Positions 29,752 through 39,615 of a DNA stretch of 64,000 bases are shown here, piece after piece. The stretch lies in NCBI GenBank assembly GCA_963842085.1, contig CAWJET010000002.1, forward strand, positions 992,001 to 1,056,000, in the 5' to 3' direction. This DNA is from an uncultured delta proteobacterium. GTDB taxonomy: Bacteria; Desulfobacterota; Binatia; Binatales; Binataceae. Below the pieces are notes generated by a model that saw only the letters and a list, made by a program, of their open reading frames with translations, was not told the origin of the DNA and made no database searches. Within the stretch, counting starts at the first letter, position 1; the number at the start of each line of letters is the position of its first letter. The translations under genes and the position numbers were made by a program.

Positions 29752-30318
29752 ATGCAGAAACCCGATTACGAGGATAACTTCCGCGCGACGCTCAAGCGGC
29801 TGCTGGCCGAAACGCACAACCTTTTATCAGTGCAGGCCTCGCTGGAGGCGCTCTACGAGGCGCTGGTTCACCACCAAACCGGGTCCATCATACTGGAACA
29901 GTCGTTCAACGCGTTCATAGGGGACAGGCTCGCCCGCCTAATCCGAATGCTGGAAGACAGTGAAGAAACGGCTTCCTTCTGGTACTTGCACCGGTGTGAG
30001 CGCGACAACGTCGCGAAGGACATCGACATCGCTCGTCTGAAAGACCTCTCCTCGAAGGATAAGCTCAGGCTCATCCGCGACAAGGCCTTCTTTCACATCG
30101 ACAAGGATCACGTCGCCGATTCGCAGGCGGTCTACAAGCGGGCCAACATCTTCGCGAGTGAAATCATCTGGGCGATGGAGGCCATCTGGCGCACCCTGAA
30201 CCGACTCTACGCGGAGCGCTTCGGACAACCCTATGAGCAGGCGCACATGACCTTGCCCGGCGCGAGGGAAACATTCAAACGCGATCTCGCAAAGTTGCTC
30301 GGAGCGGCGGGAAAATAA
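29752..30318 (+). CDS. Putative HEPN-domain protein (AbiU2-like)
   Basis: Helical-looking protein with IRDKAFFHIDK (R-x5-H). Confidence 0.55.
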   Translation: MQKPDYEDNFRATLKRLLAETHNLLSVQASLEALYEALVHHQTGSIILEQSFNAFIGDRLARLIRMLEDSEETASFWYLHRCERDNVAKDIDIARLKDLSSKDKLRLIRDKAFFHIDKDHVADSQAVYKRANIFASEIIWAMEAIWRTLNRLYAERFGQPYEQAHMTLPGARETFKRDLAKLLGAAGK

Positions 30319-30742
30319 AAAGGCGCGCCGTTCGAAGACGACAGCCCCCCGCGTTGAATCAGGCGATCGACTGTCCATCCCACGCGCATCGCATGCGAAC
30401 CGCCTAGCACCGTAGGATCCACGAATGAGCTGCAAGATCTGTAAGGAACCAGACGTATCCCCGCGCGGTATAACTCCGCCACCGCCGCCCAGCGCTGGAC
30501 CTCGTTGTCGTAAGCACTGGAATGAGTGGAAGCTGGAACATCGAAAACGTCGCGCTCCACGTCCCGCGCGGAACGATCGGCGAAAATAAACACGCGCGAG
30601 AACTTAGACACTGGCCGAAACGTTTGCCAGATCGACCTGTGCTTGCGGCGCTGCGAGATCGTCGTCGAGCGCGATCGCGCGCGGATTGGAGATTCCGGAT
30701 CGGCAGAACCCATAGCGTGTCGCGCGGCTGTCTGCTAACTCA

Positions 30743-31264
30743 ATGTCGATGACGCTTCGCCTCGTAACCGCCGCCCCCATTCTGGCCGTCGTGCTGATCG
30801 GGTGTTCGACCCCGTATCAGAGCCACGGATTCCGGGGCGGATACTCAGATACGCGGATCGATTCTAATACCGCGCTCATCTCTTTCAAGGGAAACGGCTA
30901 CACCGGCCACGAAAAGGTTGAAACCTATTTGCTCCGGTGCTGCGGCGAAGTAACCCTAGCTGACGGCTTTGACTACTTCGTAATTGTCGATAAGGATGAC
31001 GAGGCTGTCCATGGTTCAATCAACACCCCCGGTTCGTATTCATCGAACACGTCAGCGACCGCGATTGGATCGGGGAACGTAGCGTTTGGTCAAGCACATA
31101 CTACTGGAACCTTCTACCCGGGCCAATCGATTCCATACACGAAGCATCGCTCTGAGGTGATGATAAAAATGTTCAAGGGGCAGAGGCCCGGCGACGACAG
31201 TCGCGCATTCGACGCGCACGAGCTGGCGCACTATCTCGGCGCTCCCAGCGAAGGGGCGAACTAA
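30743..31264 (+). CDS. Lipoprotein (CC0125/CC1285-like)
   Basis: Lipobox LIGC; TPYQ..GGYS, F.GNGYT, GFDYF motifs. Confidence 0.7.
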   Translation: MSMTLRLVTAAPILAVVLIGCSTPYQSHGFRGGYSDTRIDSNTALISFKGNGYTGHEKVETYLLRCCGEVTLADGFDYFVIVDKDDEAVHGSINTPGSYSSNTSATAIGSGNVAFGQAHTTGTFYPGQSIPYTKHRSEVMIKMFKGQRPGDDSRAFDAHELAHYLGAPSEGAN

Positions 31265-31304
31265 ACATTTTAGCTGCAACGATCACGAGACCTGACTCGA
31301 CAAT

Positions 31305-32027
31305 ATGGACTACTTCCACGTTTCTTATATCGGTCGTGTTGCGCTCCTTTATCCGATTATCAACCGGTTGAACGAACTGAAGGGGAGCGCCCGCGGCGCC
31401 CAACTCGGCACTTGGGGGCCCAAGATGGGCGATGCGGCGATTGCGCTAATTACAAAGATCCGAGCTGTCGAGATTGCTGTCGAGCGGCTTCAAAAAGACA
31501 TCAAAGACCTTGATAGAGAACTTTCGGAAAGAGTCGAGGAAATCGATAGATGTATTGCGCGCAAACCGATAGGTCTTTCTCTGCAAAATGATGAAATTGG
31601 GTTTCATCTCGTGGCAAGTCTCGATGCGTTTCTGTATGAGGCACGTTCGACTTTCGAAATGCTGCGTACCTTTGTGATTAGATTCACGCGACATATTCTC
31701 AAGCAGCGTTGCCACGAGAATGATGCTGAGCGAACGTTAGAACAAGGCATGCGCGCGCACGGACATAGTTTCGATTGGGTAGAGGAACTCCAGAAATACA
31801 GAGCCAGCTTCTTCCACGAAACCGCGCCATGGTTTGCTCTGGAGATGACCAGCCGCGATCCGCGTCGCTACGAACTCCTTATTCTTAACGAAAATGTCGA
31901 TGACCTTGAGAAAACTCCGAACTACATCAGATTCGAAAGCTACCGGAGCATTTGGTTTGGCCTACAAGCGTGTGCAGCGGATATGCAGGAATGGGCGCTC
32001 ACAAGCCTAGACGTGACCTCGTCGTAA
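31305..32027 (+). CDS. Putative HEPN-domain protein (Cthe_2314-like)
   Basis: DAFLYEARSTFE...W.EELQKYRASFFH (R-x4-H); visibly lower GC than flanks. Confidence 0.5.
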   Translation: MDYFHVSYIGRVALLYPIINRLNELKGSARGAQLGTWGPKMGDAAIALITKIRAVEIAVERLQKDIKDLDRELSERVEEIDRCIARKPIGLSLQNDEIGFHLVASLDAFLYEARSTFEMLRTFVIRFTRHILKQRCHENDAERTLEQGMRAHGHSFDWVEELQKYRASFFHETAPWFALEMTSRDPRRYELLILNENVDDLEKTPNYIRFESYRSIWFGLQACAADMQEWALTSLDVTSS

Positions 32028-32189
32028 AGGACCCTAGGTCTTTCGCTGCCGCTCTGGCACGGCCCGCTTGCTTGAAGTGCCGCACTTCGCGACGTTGAAC
32101 GGCCCGTCGCGGCGGTAGGATCGACGACTTAAAATCCTCTAGATGAGAGCCTTGCAAAGATCCTGGCCTGCCCCCCGATGCCCGTCAGA

Positions 32190-33047
32190 TCATAAGTAGA
32201 GTCGGTCGTGGTTTTGGCCCTCTCGGGGCGGTTGCTGTTGCTGTCTTTTAAGCATGGCGAACTCGATTGGTGTCAATGCGCCGAGGCTGCTGTGTGGTCG
32301 GAGGTGATTGTAGTCGTAACGCCACGCTTCGATGGTCTCGCGCGCTTCGGCCAGGGTGAGGAAAACGTGCTCGTTGAGGCATTCGTCGCGCAGCCGGCTG
32401 TTGAACGATTCGACGAAAGTGTTCTGCACCGGCTTGCCGGGTTCGATGTAGTGCCACTCCAGTCGCCCGGTGGCCCAACGCAGCACTGCGCAGCTGGTGA
32501 GCTCGGTCCCGTTGTCGCTAACCACCATCCGTGGCAGTGCGCGCTCAGCTGTTAGCCGGTCCAGTTCGCGCACCACGCGCACCCCGCCCAGTGAAGTGTC
32601 CACCACCGTGGCCAGGCATTCGCGGCTGAAGTCGTCGACCACGCATAGGATGCGGAAGCGCCGCCCGTCGCTCAGTGCGTCGGCCACGAAGTCCAGTGAC
32701 CACCGTTGGTTGATCGCGCCCGGTAGCGTCATCGGCGTCCTGGTTCCCAGCGCGCGCTTGCGCCCTCTGCGCCGGCGTACCATGAGCTTTTCCTCGCGGT
32801 ACAACCGATAGAGCTTCTTGCGGTTCAGCACGTGACCTTCCCTCTCCAGCAGCCAGCCCAGGCGCCGATAGCCAAAACGTCTGCGCTCAGCGGCCAGCTC
32901 GCGCAGCCGCTGCCGCAGCAGCGAATCGTCCGGCCGCCGCGGCCGATAGTGCATGCTCGAGCGATTGAGTCCGACCAGCCTGCATGCGCGCACCTGGCTC
33001 AGCCCGCGCTGCTCGACCAGTCGAGCAACCGCCGCCTTCCGCGCCAC
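32190..33047 (-). CDS. IS3 transposase OrfB (DDE integrase core)
   Basis: [43 protein letters not shown]. Confidence 0.95.
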   Translation of the reverse strand: MARKAAVARLVEQRGLSQVRACRLVGLNRSSMHYRPRRPDDSLLRQRLRELAAERRRFGYRRLGWLLEREGHVLNRKKLYRLYREEKLMVRRRRGRKRALGTRTPMTLPGAINQRWSLDFVADALSDGRRFRILCVVDDFSRECLATVVDTSLGGVRVVRELDRLTAERALPRMVVSDNGTELTSCAVLRWATGRLEWHYIEPGKPVQNTFVESFNSRLRDECLNEHVFLTLAEARETIEAWRYDYNHLRPHSSLGALTPIEFAMLKRQQQQPPREGQNHDRLYL

Positions 33048-33052
33048 AGGCT

Positions 33053-33319
33053 TCAGACGTTTTTTCCGAGCAGGTCCTTCAGCGCTGAGTTGTCCAGCAT
33101 TGCTTCGGCCAGCAGCTTCTTCAGCCGCCGGTTCTCATCCTCCAGCGACTTCAGGCGGCGCGCCTCGGATACGTCGAGCCCGCCGTACTTCGCTTTCCAC
33201 TTGTAAAAGGTCGCGCTTGAGATCCCGTGGCGGCGGCAAACCTCCTCGGTCTTCGCCCCCGCCTCATGTTCGCGCAGCACCCCGATGATCTGCTCCTCGC
33301 TGAATCGGCTGCCTTTCAT
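33053..33319 (-). CDS. IS3 transposase OrfA (HTH), fusable to OrfB by -1 frameshift
   Basis: RFSEEQII..., ATFYKWK; slippery A AAA AAC at about 33059-33065 on the minus strand. Confidence 0.95.
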   Translation of the reverse strand: MKGSRFSEEQIIGVLREHEAGAKTEEVCRRHGISSATFYKWKAKYGGLDVSEARRLKSLEDENRRLKKLLAEAMLDNSALKDLLGKNV

Positions 33320-33451
33320 TGTCCGTCTCCTTTCAGTCGACGGACTCTACCTCAAAACTGCTGGGCGTTAGGGGGGCAGGCCAATCCGCGTATGACGCCT
33401 GCAACAGGAAGAATCCTAAGTCGCGCGCGTACAAAATCGCGCGCTGGATAA

Positions 33452-33885
33452 GGACCCTCACCCTTCGGCAGGCTCAGGGCAGGCTCTTCGATCCTCTCCC
33501 TAGTAGGGCGAGGGGAAGATCACAAGCGGGATTCTTTGCTGCGCTCTAGAATGACACGGGAAAAGAACCTGAGAGCAACATGGGGTCGCGGGACCCTCAC
33601 CGCCGGCCGCGATGCGGCCGGCCGCCTCTCCCGTGAAGTAACGGGCGAGGTAAAGAAGGAACCGGGATTCTTCGCTTCCCTCTGAATGACACAAAGACGG
33701 AATCACACAAAAAGTGAGCATGCGGGCGTCGCGAACGATGCGAGCTAACCTAACCCCTGACCCCTGACCCCTTCCCGCGCGGGAAGGGGAACTGGATAAA
33801 AAATACTGGGTGCAGGGGTCACCCCTGCCGAAGGAAGTGTGAAACCCATCGCGGGTTTCACATTAGATGAAGTGATTTCCCCCTT
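33452..33885. repeat. Mosaic cluster of REP-like palindromic repeats
   Basis: Two related units (33452-33557, 33591-33692) starting GGACCCTCACC and ending GGGATTCTTYGCT...GAATGACAC; CCCCTTCCC-N4-GGGAAGGGG hairpin unit (33749-33792); family A long form (33808-33878). Confidence 0.8.
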
Positions 33886-33902
33886 TTCGCGTTCCTGATG
33901 CG

Positions 33903-35084
33903 CTAGCCCTTGGGCAGGCCCAGAACGCGCTCGCCTATGATGTTGTGCTGAATCTGATTGGTCCCGGCGTAGATCGTCGGCCCGCGCGCCGCCAGCATCC
34001 TGAACGACCACTTGCCCTTGTCCACCGCGAACGGCGCGTTGAATTCGAGCTGGCTGTACGGCCCCAGCAGCTCCATCGCGTACAGCGCGATCTTGAGCGC
34101 GAGCTCCGTGCCGCACAGCTTCATCATCGAGCCTTCCGGCCCCGGGGGCAGGCCCTTCAACTGGCGCGTCAACTGGCGATAGCCGGTGTATCTGAGCGCC
34201 AGCGCATCGGCGGCGAACTCCGCCACGCGCTGCCGCACGCTCGAATCGTCCCATGCGCTGCCGCCGTTGCGCGGGATGCGCCTGGCGAGCCTCGCCAACT
34301 CATGCACTTCGCCGAGGTAACCTTCGCCGCCGCCGCCACCGCGCTCGAACATCAGCGTGGTTATCGCGACCTGCCAGCCGTTGTTGCGCTCGCCGACGAT
34401 ATTTTTCTTCGGCACGCGCACATCCTCGAAGAAAACCTCGTTGAAGCCCTTGCCGCCCGTCATCTGCACCAGCGGACGCACGGTGATACCCGGACTGTGC
34501 ATGTCGATCAGCAGGTAGCTGATTCCCTTGTGCTTGGGCGCGTCGGGATCGGTGCGGACCAGCGCGAAGATCATGTCCGCATGCTGCGCCATCGAGGTCC
34601 ACACCTTCTGCCCGTTGACGACGAAGTCGTCGCCGTCGTCGACCGCGCGGGTCTGCACCGAGGCAAGATCGGAGCCCGAGCCGGGTTCCGAATATCCCTG
34701 GCACCAGACTTCCTCGCCCCTGAGAATTTTCGGAATGTGGTTGCGCTTCTGCTCCTCGGTTCCCCAATGCATCAGCGTGGGGCCGAGCAGGCTGATTCCC
34801 ATCCCGATGAACGGCTCCGTCAGCCCGAGCCGGCTCAACTCTTCCCGGTAGATCAGCCGCTGCATGACGGTGGCGCCGCGCCCGCCGTATTCCATCGGCC
34901 AGTTGACGGCGACCCAACCGCCCTCGTTGAGCTTCTTGTGCCACCGGACGCGCGCCTCCCAGTCGCCCTCGCCCTCTTCGGCCATCATATTGGCGGGCGG
35001 CGGTGCGTACTTCTTGTTGGCTTCGAGCCACGCGCGCAGTTCGCTGCGAAATGCCTCGTCTTCCGGCGTATAGTTGAAATCCAT
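33903..35084 (-). CDS. Acyl-CoA dehydrogenase (paralog 2)
   Basis: WCQGYSEPGSGSDLA, VNGQKVWTS, FNEVFF, TIYAGTNQIQ. Confidence 0.93.
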   Translation of the reverse strand: MDFNYTPEDEAFRSELRAWLEANKKYAPPPANMMAEEGEGDWEARVRWHKKLNEGGWVAVNWPMEYGGRGATVMQRLIYREELSRLGLTEPFIGMGISLLGPTLMHWGTEEQKRNHIPKILRGEEVWCQGYSEPGSGSDLASVQTRAVDDGDDFVVNGQKVWTSMAQHADMIFALVRTDPDAPKHKGISYLLIDMHSPGITVRPLVQMTGGKGFNEVFFEDVRVPKKNIVGERNNGWQVAITTLMFERGGGGGEGYLGEVHELARLARRIPRNGGSAWDDSSVRQRVAEFAADALALRYTGYRQLTRQLKGLPPGPEGSMMKLCGTELALKIALYAMELLGPYSQLEFNAPFAVDKGKWSFRMLAARGPTIYAGTNQIQHNIIGERVLGLPKG

Positions 35085-35090
35085 AAAGAA

Positions 35091-35193
35091 CCTAACCCCT
35101 AACCCCTTCCCGCACGGGAAGGGGAACCGGAGAAATGGGGCTCATCTCCCATCCTATCCCCCTCGCCCCCTTTCCAGGTTGGAAAGGGGGAAC
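35091..35193. repeat. Two C/G-run hairpin repeats (family B)
   Basis: CCTAACCCCTAACCCCTTCCC-GCAC-GGGAAGGGGAAC and CCTATCCCCCTCGCCCCCTTTCC-AGGTT-GGAAAGGGGGAAC; the same pair recurs at 63893-64000. Confidence 0.8.
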
Positions 35194-35219
35194 AGATGAA
35201 ACCCATTTCGGATCTTCAA

Positions 35220-36410
35220 TCATCCTTTGGGTAAGCCCAGGACACGCTCACCGATAATATTATGTTGAATCTGATTGCTGCCGGCAGCAATCGTGCCGCC
35301 GCGCGCCGCGAGCATCCGGAACGACCATTTGCCCTTGTCGAGCGCGAACGGCGCCTTGTACTCCATCTGGCTGTATGGCCCGAGCAGCTCCATCGCGAAC
35401 AACTGGATTCGCATGTTTAGTTCGGTGCCGCATAGCTTCATCATCGAGCCTTCCGGCCCCGGTGGCATCCCCTTGAGCCGCCGCGTGAGCTGCCGATAGC
35501 CGGTGTAGCGCAGGGCAGTCGCCTCGCAGGCAAACTCCGCGATTTTCTGCCGCACGCTCGCGTCGTCCCACGCCGACGCGCCGTTGCGCGCGAGCGATTT
35601 CGCCAGCGCTACCAGCTCGCGGACTTGCGTCATCCCGCCGCGATCGCCGCCCCCGCTCGAGCGCTCGAACATCAGCGTCGTGATCGCCACCTGCCAGCCC
35701 TGGTTCTTCTCGCCAACCAGGTTTTTCTTCGGCACGCGCACGTCTTCGAAGAAAACCTCGTTGAAGCCCTTGTTGCCGGTGATTTGCACCAGCGGACGCA
35801 CTGTCACGCCGGGGCTGTGCATATCGACCATCAGGTAGCTGATCCCCTTATGCTTGGGCGCGTCGGGATCCGTGCGCACGAGTAGAAAGATCCAGTCGGC
35901 GTGCTGCGCGATCGACGTCCACACTTTCTGCCCGTTGACGACGAAGTAGTCGCCGTCCTCGACCGCGCGGGTCTGCAACGACGCCAGGTCGGAGCCTGAG
36001 CCGGGCTCAGAATATCCTTGGCACCAGATTTCTTCCGCTTTCATGATCGGCGGGATAAAGCGCTGCTTCTGCTCCTCGGTCCCCCAATGCAACAACGTCG
36101 GCCCGAACAGGCTGATACCCATCCCGATCATCGGCGCCGAGACGCCCGCCCGCGCGAGTTCCTCGTTATAGACGATGTTCTGCAGGATTCCCGCGCCGCG
36201 TCCGCCGTATTGCGTGGGCCAGCTCGGCGCGAGCCACCGGCCCTCGGCCATCTTCTTGGCCCAGCGCTTCTGCTCGTCGAACGCGCCTCGACCCTCGGCC
36301 ATTCCGATCGTGGTCTCGCCCATGCGCGGCGCGAACTGCTTGTTGGCGTTGAGCCACTCGCGAAACTCCATCCGGAACGTTTCGTCTTCGGGATTGAAAT
36401 TGAAATCCAT
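35220..36410 (-). CDS. Acyl-CoA dehydrogenase (paralog 1)
   Basis: Same motifs as the neighbour; start MDFNFNPEDE at 36410 mirrors MDFNYTPEDE. Confidence 0.93.
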   Translation of the reverse strand: MDFNFNPEDETFRMEFREWLNANKQFAPRMGETTIGMAEGRGAFDEQKRWAKKMAEGRWLAPSWPTQYGGRGAGILQNIVYNEELARAGVSAPMIGMGISLFGPTLLHWGTEEQKQRFIPPIMKAEEIWCQGYSEPGSGSDLASLQTRAVEDGDYFVVNGQKVWTSIAQHADWIFLLVRTDPDAPKHKGISYLMVDMHSPGVTVRPLVQITGNKGFNEVFFEDVRVPKKNLVGEKNQGWQVAITTLMFERSSGGGDRGGMTQVRELVALAKSLARNGASAWDDASVRQKIAEFACEATALRYTGYRQLTRRLKGMPPGPEGSMMKLCGTELNMRIQLFAMELLGPYSQMEYKAPFALDKGKWSFRMLAARGGTIAAGSNQIQHNIIGERVLGLPKG

Positions 36411-36532
36411 CGCGCAATTTCTCCTGGCACGGCTCGACCGCCTGTACCGGCTGTGACGATCAACGGTCAGCCCGCCGACCGCCGGGCGTATGTCACGCAT
36501 GAACTTAAAACATTCGCCTAGCACTCTGCAAA

Positions 36533-36555
36533 GGCAGGGGCCGGCCCCTGCACCC
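36533..36555 (-). repeat. Family A repeat variant
   Basis: GGCAGGGGCCGGCCCCTGCACCC on +. Confidence 0.75.
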
Positions 36556-36686
36556 GGGTAAGAAAGATGTGACGGGCCCCTAACTGTCCGGTCGAGCTGA
36601 GGCACATACATGGCAGTGCATCTTGCAGCAATTGAAAAAACCGGAGGATGAGGGTTTACTGACTCAGCACGGTGCCCATTGTGACG

Positions 36687-37961
36687 ATGCAGAGCGACGA
36701 TAAGCAGGGAAAAACACTCGCGATCCTGGTCGGCGGCGGTCCCGCGCCGGGAATCAACAGCGTGATCGCCGCGGCCGCCATTGAGGCGATCAAGTGCGGA
36801 CTCCGCGTCGTGGGCTTGCGTGACGGTTATCGGTGGCTCGTGGAGGGCGACACCGGGCACGTCGTCGAACTCGAACTCGAGGAGGTCAGCCGGATCCACT
36901 TCACCGGCGGTTCGATCCTGCGCACCTCGCGCACCAATCCGGCGCGCGACGAAGCGAGCCTGGGGCGGGTGATCGATGCGCTGACAGCGCTTGGCGTTCG
37001 CTACCTGATCTGTATCGGCGGCGACGACACCACGTACGGCGCGGCACGAATTGCCGAACGCACCAGAGGCAGGATTGGCATCGTGACGGTGCCCAAAACG
37101 ATCGACAACGATCTGCCCCTGCCTGAGAATGCGGCGACCTTCGGCTTCGAAACCGCTCGCGCTGTCGGCGCCGGAATCATCGAATCGCTGATGGAAGACG
37201 CCCGCACTACCAGCAGGTGGTATCTGACGATCTCGATGGGGCGGAAATCGGGATCGCTCGCGCTCAGTATGTGCAAGTCAGCCGGCGCCACGCTGGCGGT
37301 GATTCCCGAGGAATTTCCAGGCGAGAAGTTTGACCTCGCGCTGGTCGTGGACACTATCGTCGGCGCGATAATCAAGCGTCGAGCCGACGGCCACGACCAC
37401 GGCGTCGCGGTCATCGCCGAAGGGATCGCGGAGCGCATGGACGTTGGCACCCTGGCTTCGGCGCCGGGCTCGCAGGCTGACGCTTACGGCCACGTGCACA
37501 TCGCTGACATCCCGCTGGGTATTCTCTTGCGCGATCAGGTGCGTACGGCGCTCAAACAACTCGGCATCGATGCGACCGTGATCGCCAAGGACATCGGCTA
37601 CGAGTTGCGCTGCGCGAAGCCGTTGCCATTCGACATCGATTACACGCGAACGCTGGGCTACGGCGCGGTCCGCCACTTGTTAAGCGGTGGCTCCGGCGTG
37701 CTGATCGCCATCGCGGGCGGCCGCGTAACGCCGGTCAATTTCGAGCAACTGCTCGACCCGAACACAGGCCGGATTCGCGTGCGGACAGTGGATGTCTCCA
37801 CTGAATCATACCAGGTGGCGCGCTCTTACATGATTCGGCTCGAGCTCCAGGACTTCGAGGAGCCGATGCTGTCGAGGCTCGCCGAACACGCCAAGCTCTC
37901 GGCCGCCGCCTTCAAGGCGAGATTCCTGCCTTCGGTCGGCGCCGCGACTCATGGGAGCTGA
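36687..37961 (+). CDS. pfp: Pyrophosphate-dependent phosphofructokinase
   Basis: GGGPAPG, GGDDT (Asp at the PPi-specificity position), PKTIDND, MGR, GYELRC. Confidence 0.88.
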   Translation: MQSDDKQGKTLAILVGGGPAPGINSVIAAAAIEAIKCGLRVVGLRDGYRWLVEGDTGHVVELELEEVSRIHFTGGSILRTSRTNPARDEASLGRVIDALTALGVRYLICIGGDDTTYGAARIAERTRGRIGIVTVPKTIDNDLPLPENAATFGFETARAVGAGIIESLMEDARTTSRWYLTISMGRKSGSLALSMCKSAGATLAVIPEEFPGEKFDLALVVDTIVGAIIKRRADGHDHGVAVIAEGIAERMDVGTLASAPGSQADAYGHVHIADIPLGILLRDQVRTALKQLGIDATVIAKDIGYELRCAKPLPFDIDYTRTLGYGAVRHLLSGGSGVLIAIAGGRVTPVNFEQLLDPNTGRIRVRTVDVSTESYQVARSYMIRLELQDFEEPMLSRLAEHAKLSAAAFKARFLPSVGAATHGS

Positions 37962-38201
37962 GACCGTCCGCCGGGCTGCCCGCATACGCCAAGCGGTCGG
38001 AAGAGTCGATCACCGCCGCGAGAAGCGCTTGCTCGTGGCATCGTGTCAATTTCGAATCAGGAGTTTTGGATTCTGAGCGAAAGCTGCGTGACCCCAGCCC
38101 GCTAAATCATACCCACGCCGCAGCTGAACAATCTCGCCCCGAATCTATGGACGGTTGACCAGCCCGCCTTCAGCACCGGCTTCGCAAAGATCGGAACGCG
38201 A

Positions 38202-38825
38202 ATGACGGTAATAAAGCTGGCGGGCGGCGGCCTGTTTCTCCATTCGCCGACCAAGCTTGATGACGAAACCAAACAGGCGCTCGACGCAATCGGCGAGGTT
38301 CGTGCTGTCGTAGCGCCCTCGCGAGCCCATCACCTGTTCGTCGGCGACTACATCAAGGCGTGGCCCAACGCGAAGCTGTACGGACCGCCCGGCCTCGTCG
38401 GCGACATCGCGGATTTCCGCGCCCGCCTCGGTGCGCGACGCGATCTGAAACTCGACGCGGTTTTAGGCGACGAGCCTCAATCCGAATGGGCGGGCGAGAT
38501 CGACCAGCATCTGTTCAAAGGCGCGCCGCAGTTGAACGAGGTGGTGTTTTTTCACCGGCCGACCCGCTCCGCGATTTTCACCGATCTCGTTTTCAATGTG
38601 CCGGCGGATTTCAAAGACGCCCGAGTCTTCTATACGATCGTCGGCGCCCGCGGGCGCTTCGGACCTCATCTCCTGATTCGCCTGGCAATTCGCGACCACA
38701 AAGCCGCGCGCGAGTCCGTCGCGAAAATCCTCGAGTGGGACTTCGATCGAGTGATCCTAACGCACGGCGACGTGCTCGAATCCGGCGGCAAAGCAAAATT
38801 CGCTCAAGCGTTCTCATACCTGTGA
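38202..38825 (+). CDS. DUF4336 family protein (homology appears to extend upstream to about 38109)
   Basis: RMTVIKL, HSP, AP..HHLF, EVVFFH, TDL, WDFDRVI..HG. Confidence 0.85.
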   Translation: MTVIKLAGGGLFLHSPTKLDDETKQALDAIGEVRAVVAPSRAHHLFVGDYIKAWPNAKLYGPPGLVGDIADFRARLGARRDLKLDAVLGDEPQSEWAGEIDQHLFKGAPQLNEVVFFHRPTRSAIFTDLVFNVPADFKDARVFYTIVGARGRFGPHLLIRLAIRDHKAARESVAKILEWDFDRVILTHGDVLESGGKAKFAQAFSYL

Positions 38826-38889
38826 ACGCGGGCCTCGAACGGGCGCGTTTGACAACAGTTTGACGATTGCGGAAAGTCCTACTCCGAGC

Positions 38890-39180
38890 ATGGTTGTGAA
38901 TTTCAAGATCGATCTACCGGACGACCTCTTCGACGCCCAGTTCACCGAGTCCGACTTCGCCGCGCGCGTCCGCGAGCTCGCCATCCTCGAACTGGTGCGC
39001 GTCAAGCGCCTGCACGAGCACGAGGCCAAGCAGATGCTTGCGCTGGAACGCTTCGAGCTGGTCGAGCGGATGAAGGCCGCGGGGATCGCGCCCACCGAGG
39101 ACGTCTTCGCCGAAATCAAAGGCGAGCTCACCAAAGCGATTGACTCCAGGCGCCGCAAACCGGAAAAACCAAAAGGATAA
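38890..39180 (+). CDS. Small hypothetical protein (UPF0175-like)
   Basis: [27 protein letters not shown] pattern. Confidence 0.55.
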   Translation: MVVNFKIDLPDDLFDAQFTESDFAARVRELAILELVRVKRLHEHEAKQMLALERFELVERMKAAGIAPTEDVFAEIKGELTKAIDSRRRKPEKPKG

Positions 39181-39184
39181 TCGC

Positions 39185-39568
39185 ATGCGCCTTTTGCACA
39201 CGATGCTCCGGGTCAACAACCTTGACGAGTCGCTCAAGTTCTACTGCGACAAACTCGGGATGAAACTCCTGCGCAAGCACGACTTCCCCGGCGGCGAGTT
39301 CACCCTCGCCTTCGTCGGCTACGGCGACGAGAAGGACAACGCGGTCATCGAGCTCACCTGGAATTGGGGCACCTCGAAGTACGAAATCGGCACCGCCTAC
39401 GGACACATCGCGCTCGGCGTCGACGACATCTACCAGACCTGCGCCGAGCTCAAGCAGAAAGGCGTCAACGTCGTGCGCGAGCCCGGCCCGATGAAGCACG
39501 GCACCACGCCCATCGCCTTCATCGAGGATCCCAACGGCTACAAGATCGAATTGATACAACAAAGGTAG
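39185..39568 (+). CDS. gloA: Lactoylglutathione lyase (glyoxalase I)
   Basis: [34 protein letters not shown]. Confidence 0.95.
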   Translation: MRLLHTMLRVNNLDESLKFYCDKLGMKLLRKHDFPGGEFTLAFVGYGDEKDNAVIELTWNWGTSKYEIGTAYGHIALGVDDIYQTCAELKQKGVNVVREPGPMKHGTTPIAFIEDPNGYKIELIQQR

Positions 39569-39615
39569 GCGCCGGCGGGTCCGTTCCCTCGCGCGTTCTG
39601 AAAGGTTCATTTGCG

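Larger units (their letters stand above)
32164..33383 (-). mobile_element. IS3-family insertion sequence (IS407 group), 1220 bp, apparently intact
   Basis: TG...CA ends with TIR TGGCCTGCCCCCC; 4-bp direct repeat ATCC at 32160-32163 and 33384-33387. Confidence 0.95.

Noticed and set aside
30231-30752. Short ORFs between the HEPN-like gene and the lipoprotein
   Set aside because: Overlapping candidates on both strands with no motif or RBS support
29752-32100. Integron cassette array (co-oriented foreign-looking genes)
   Set aside because: No convincing attC sites (RYYYAAC...GTTRRRY hairpins) and no IntI seen
36411-36899. 163-aa N-terminal extension of the acyl-CoA dehydrogenase ORF
   Set aside because: Overlaps pfp on the other strand and a repeat; the paralog starts at the equivalent MDFN
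38890-39180. Toxin-antitoxin module around the UPF0175-like gene
   Set aside because: No PIN-domain or other toxin gene is adjacent
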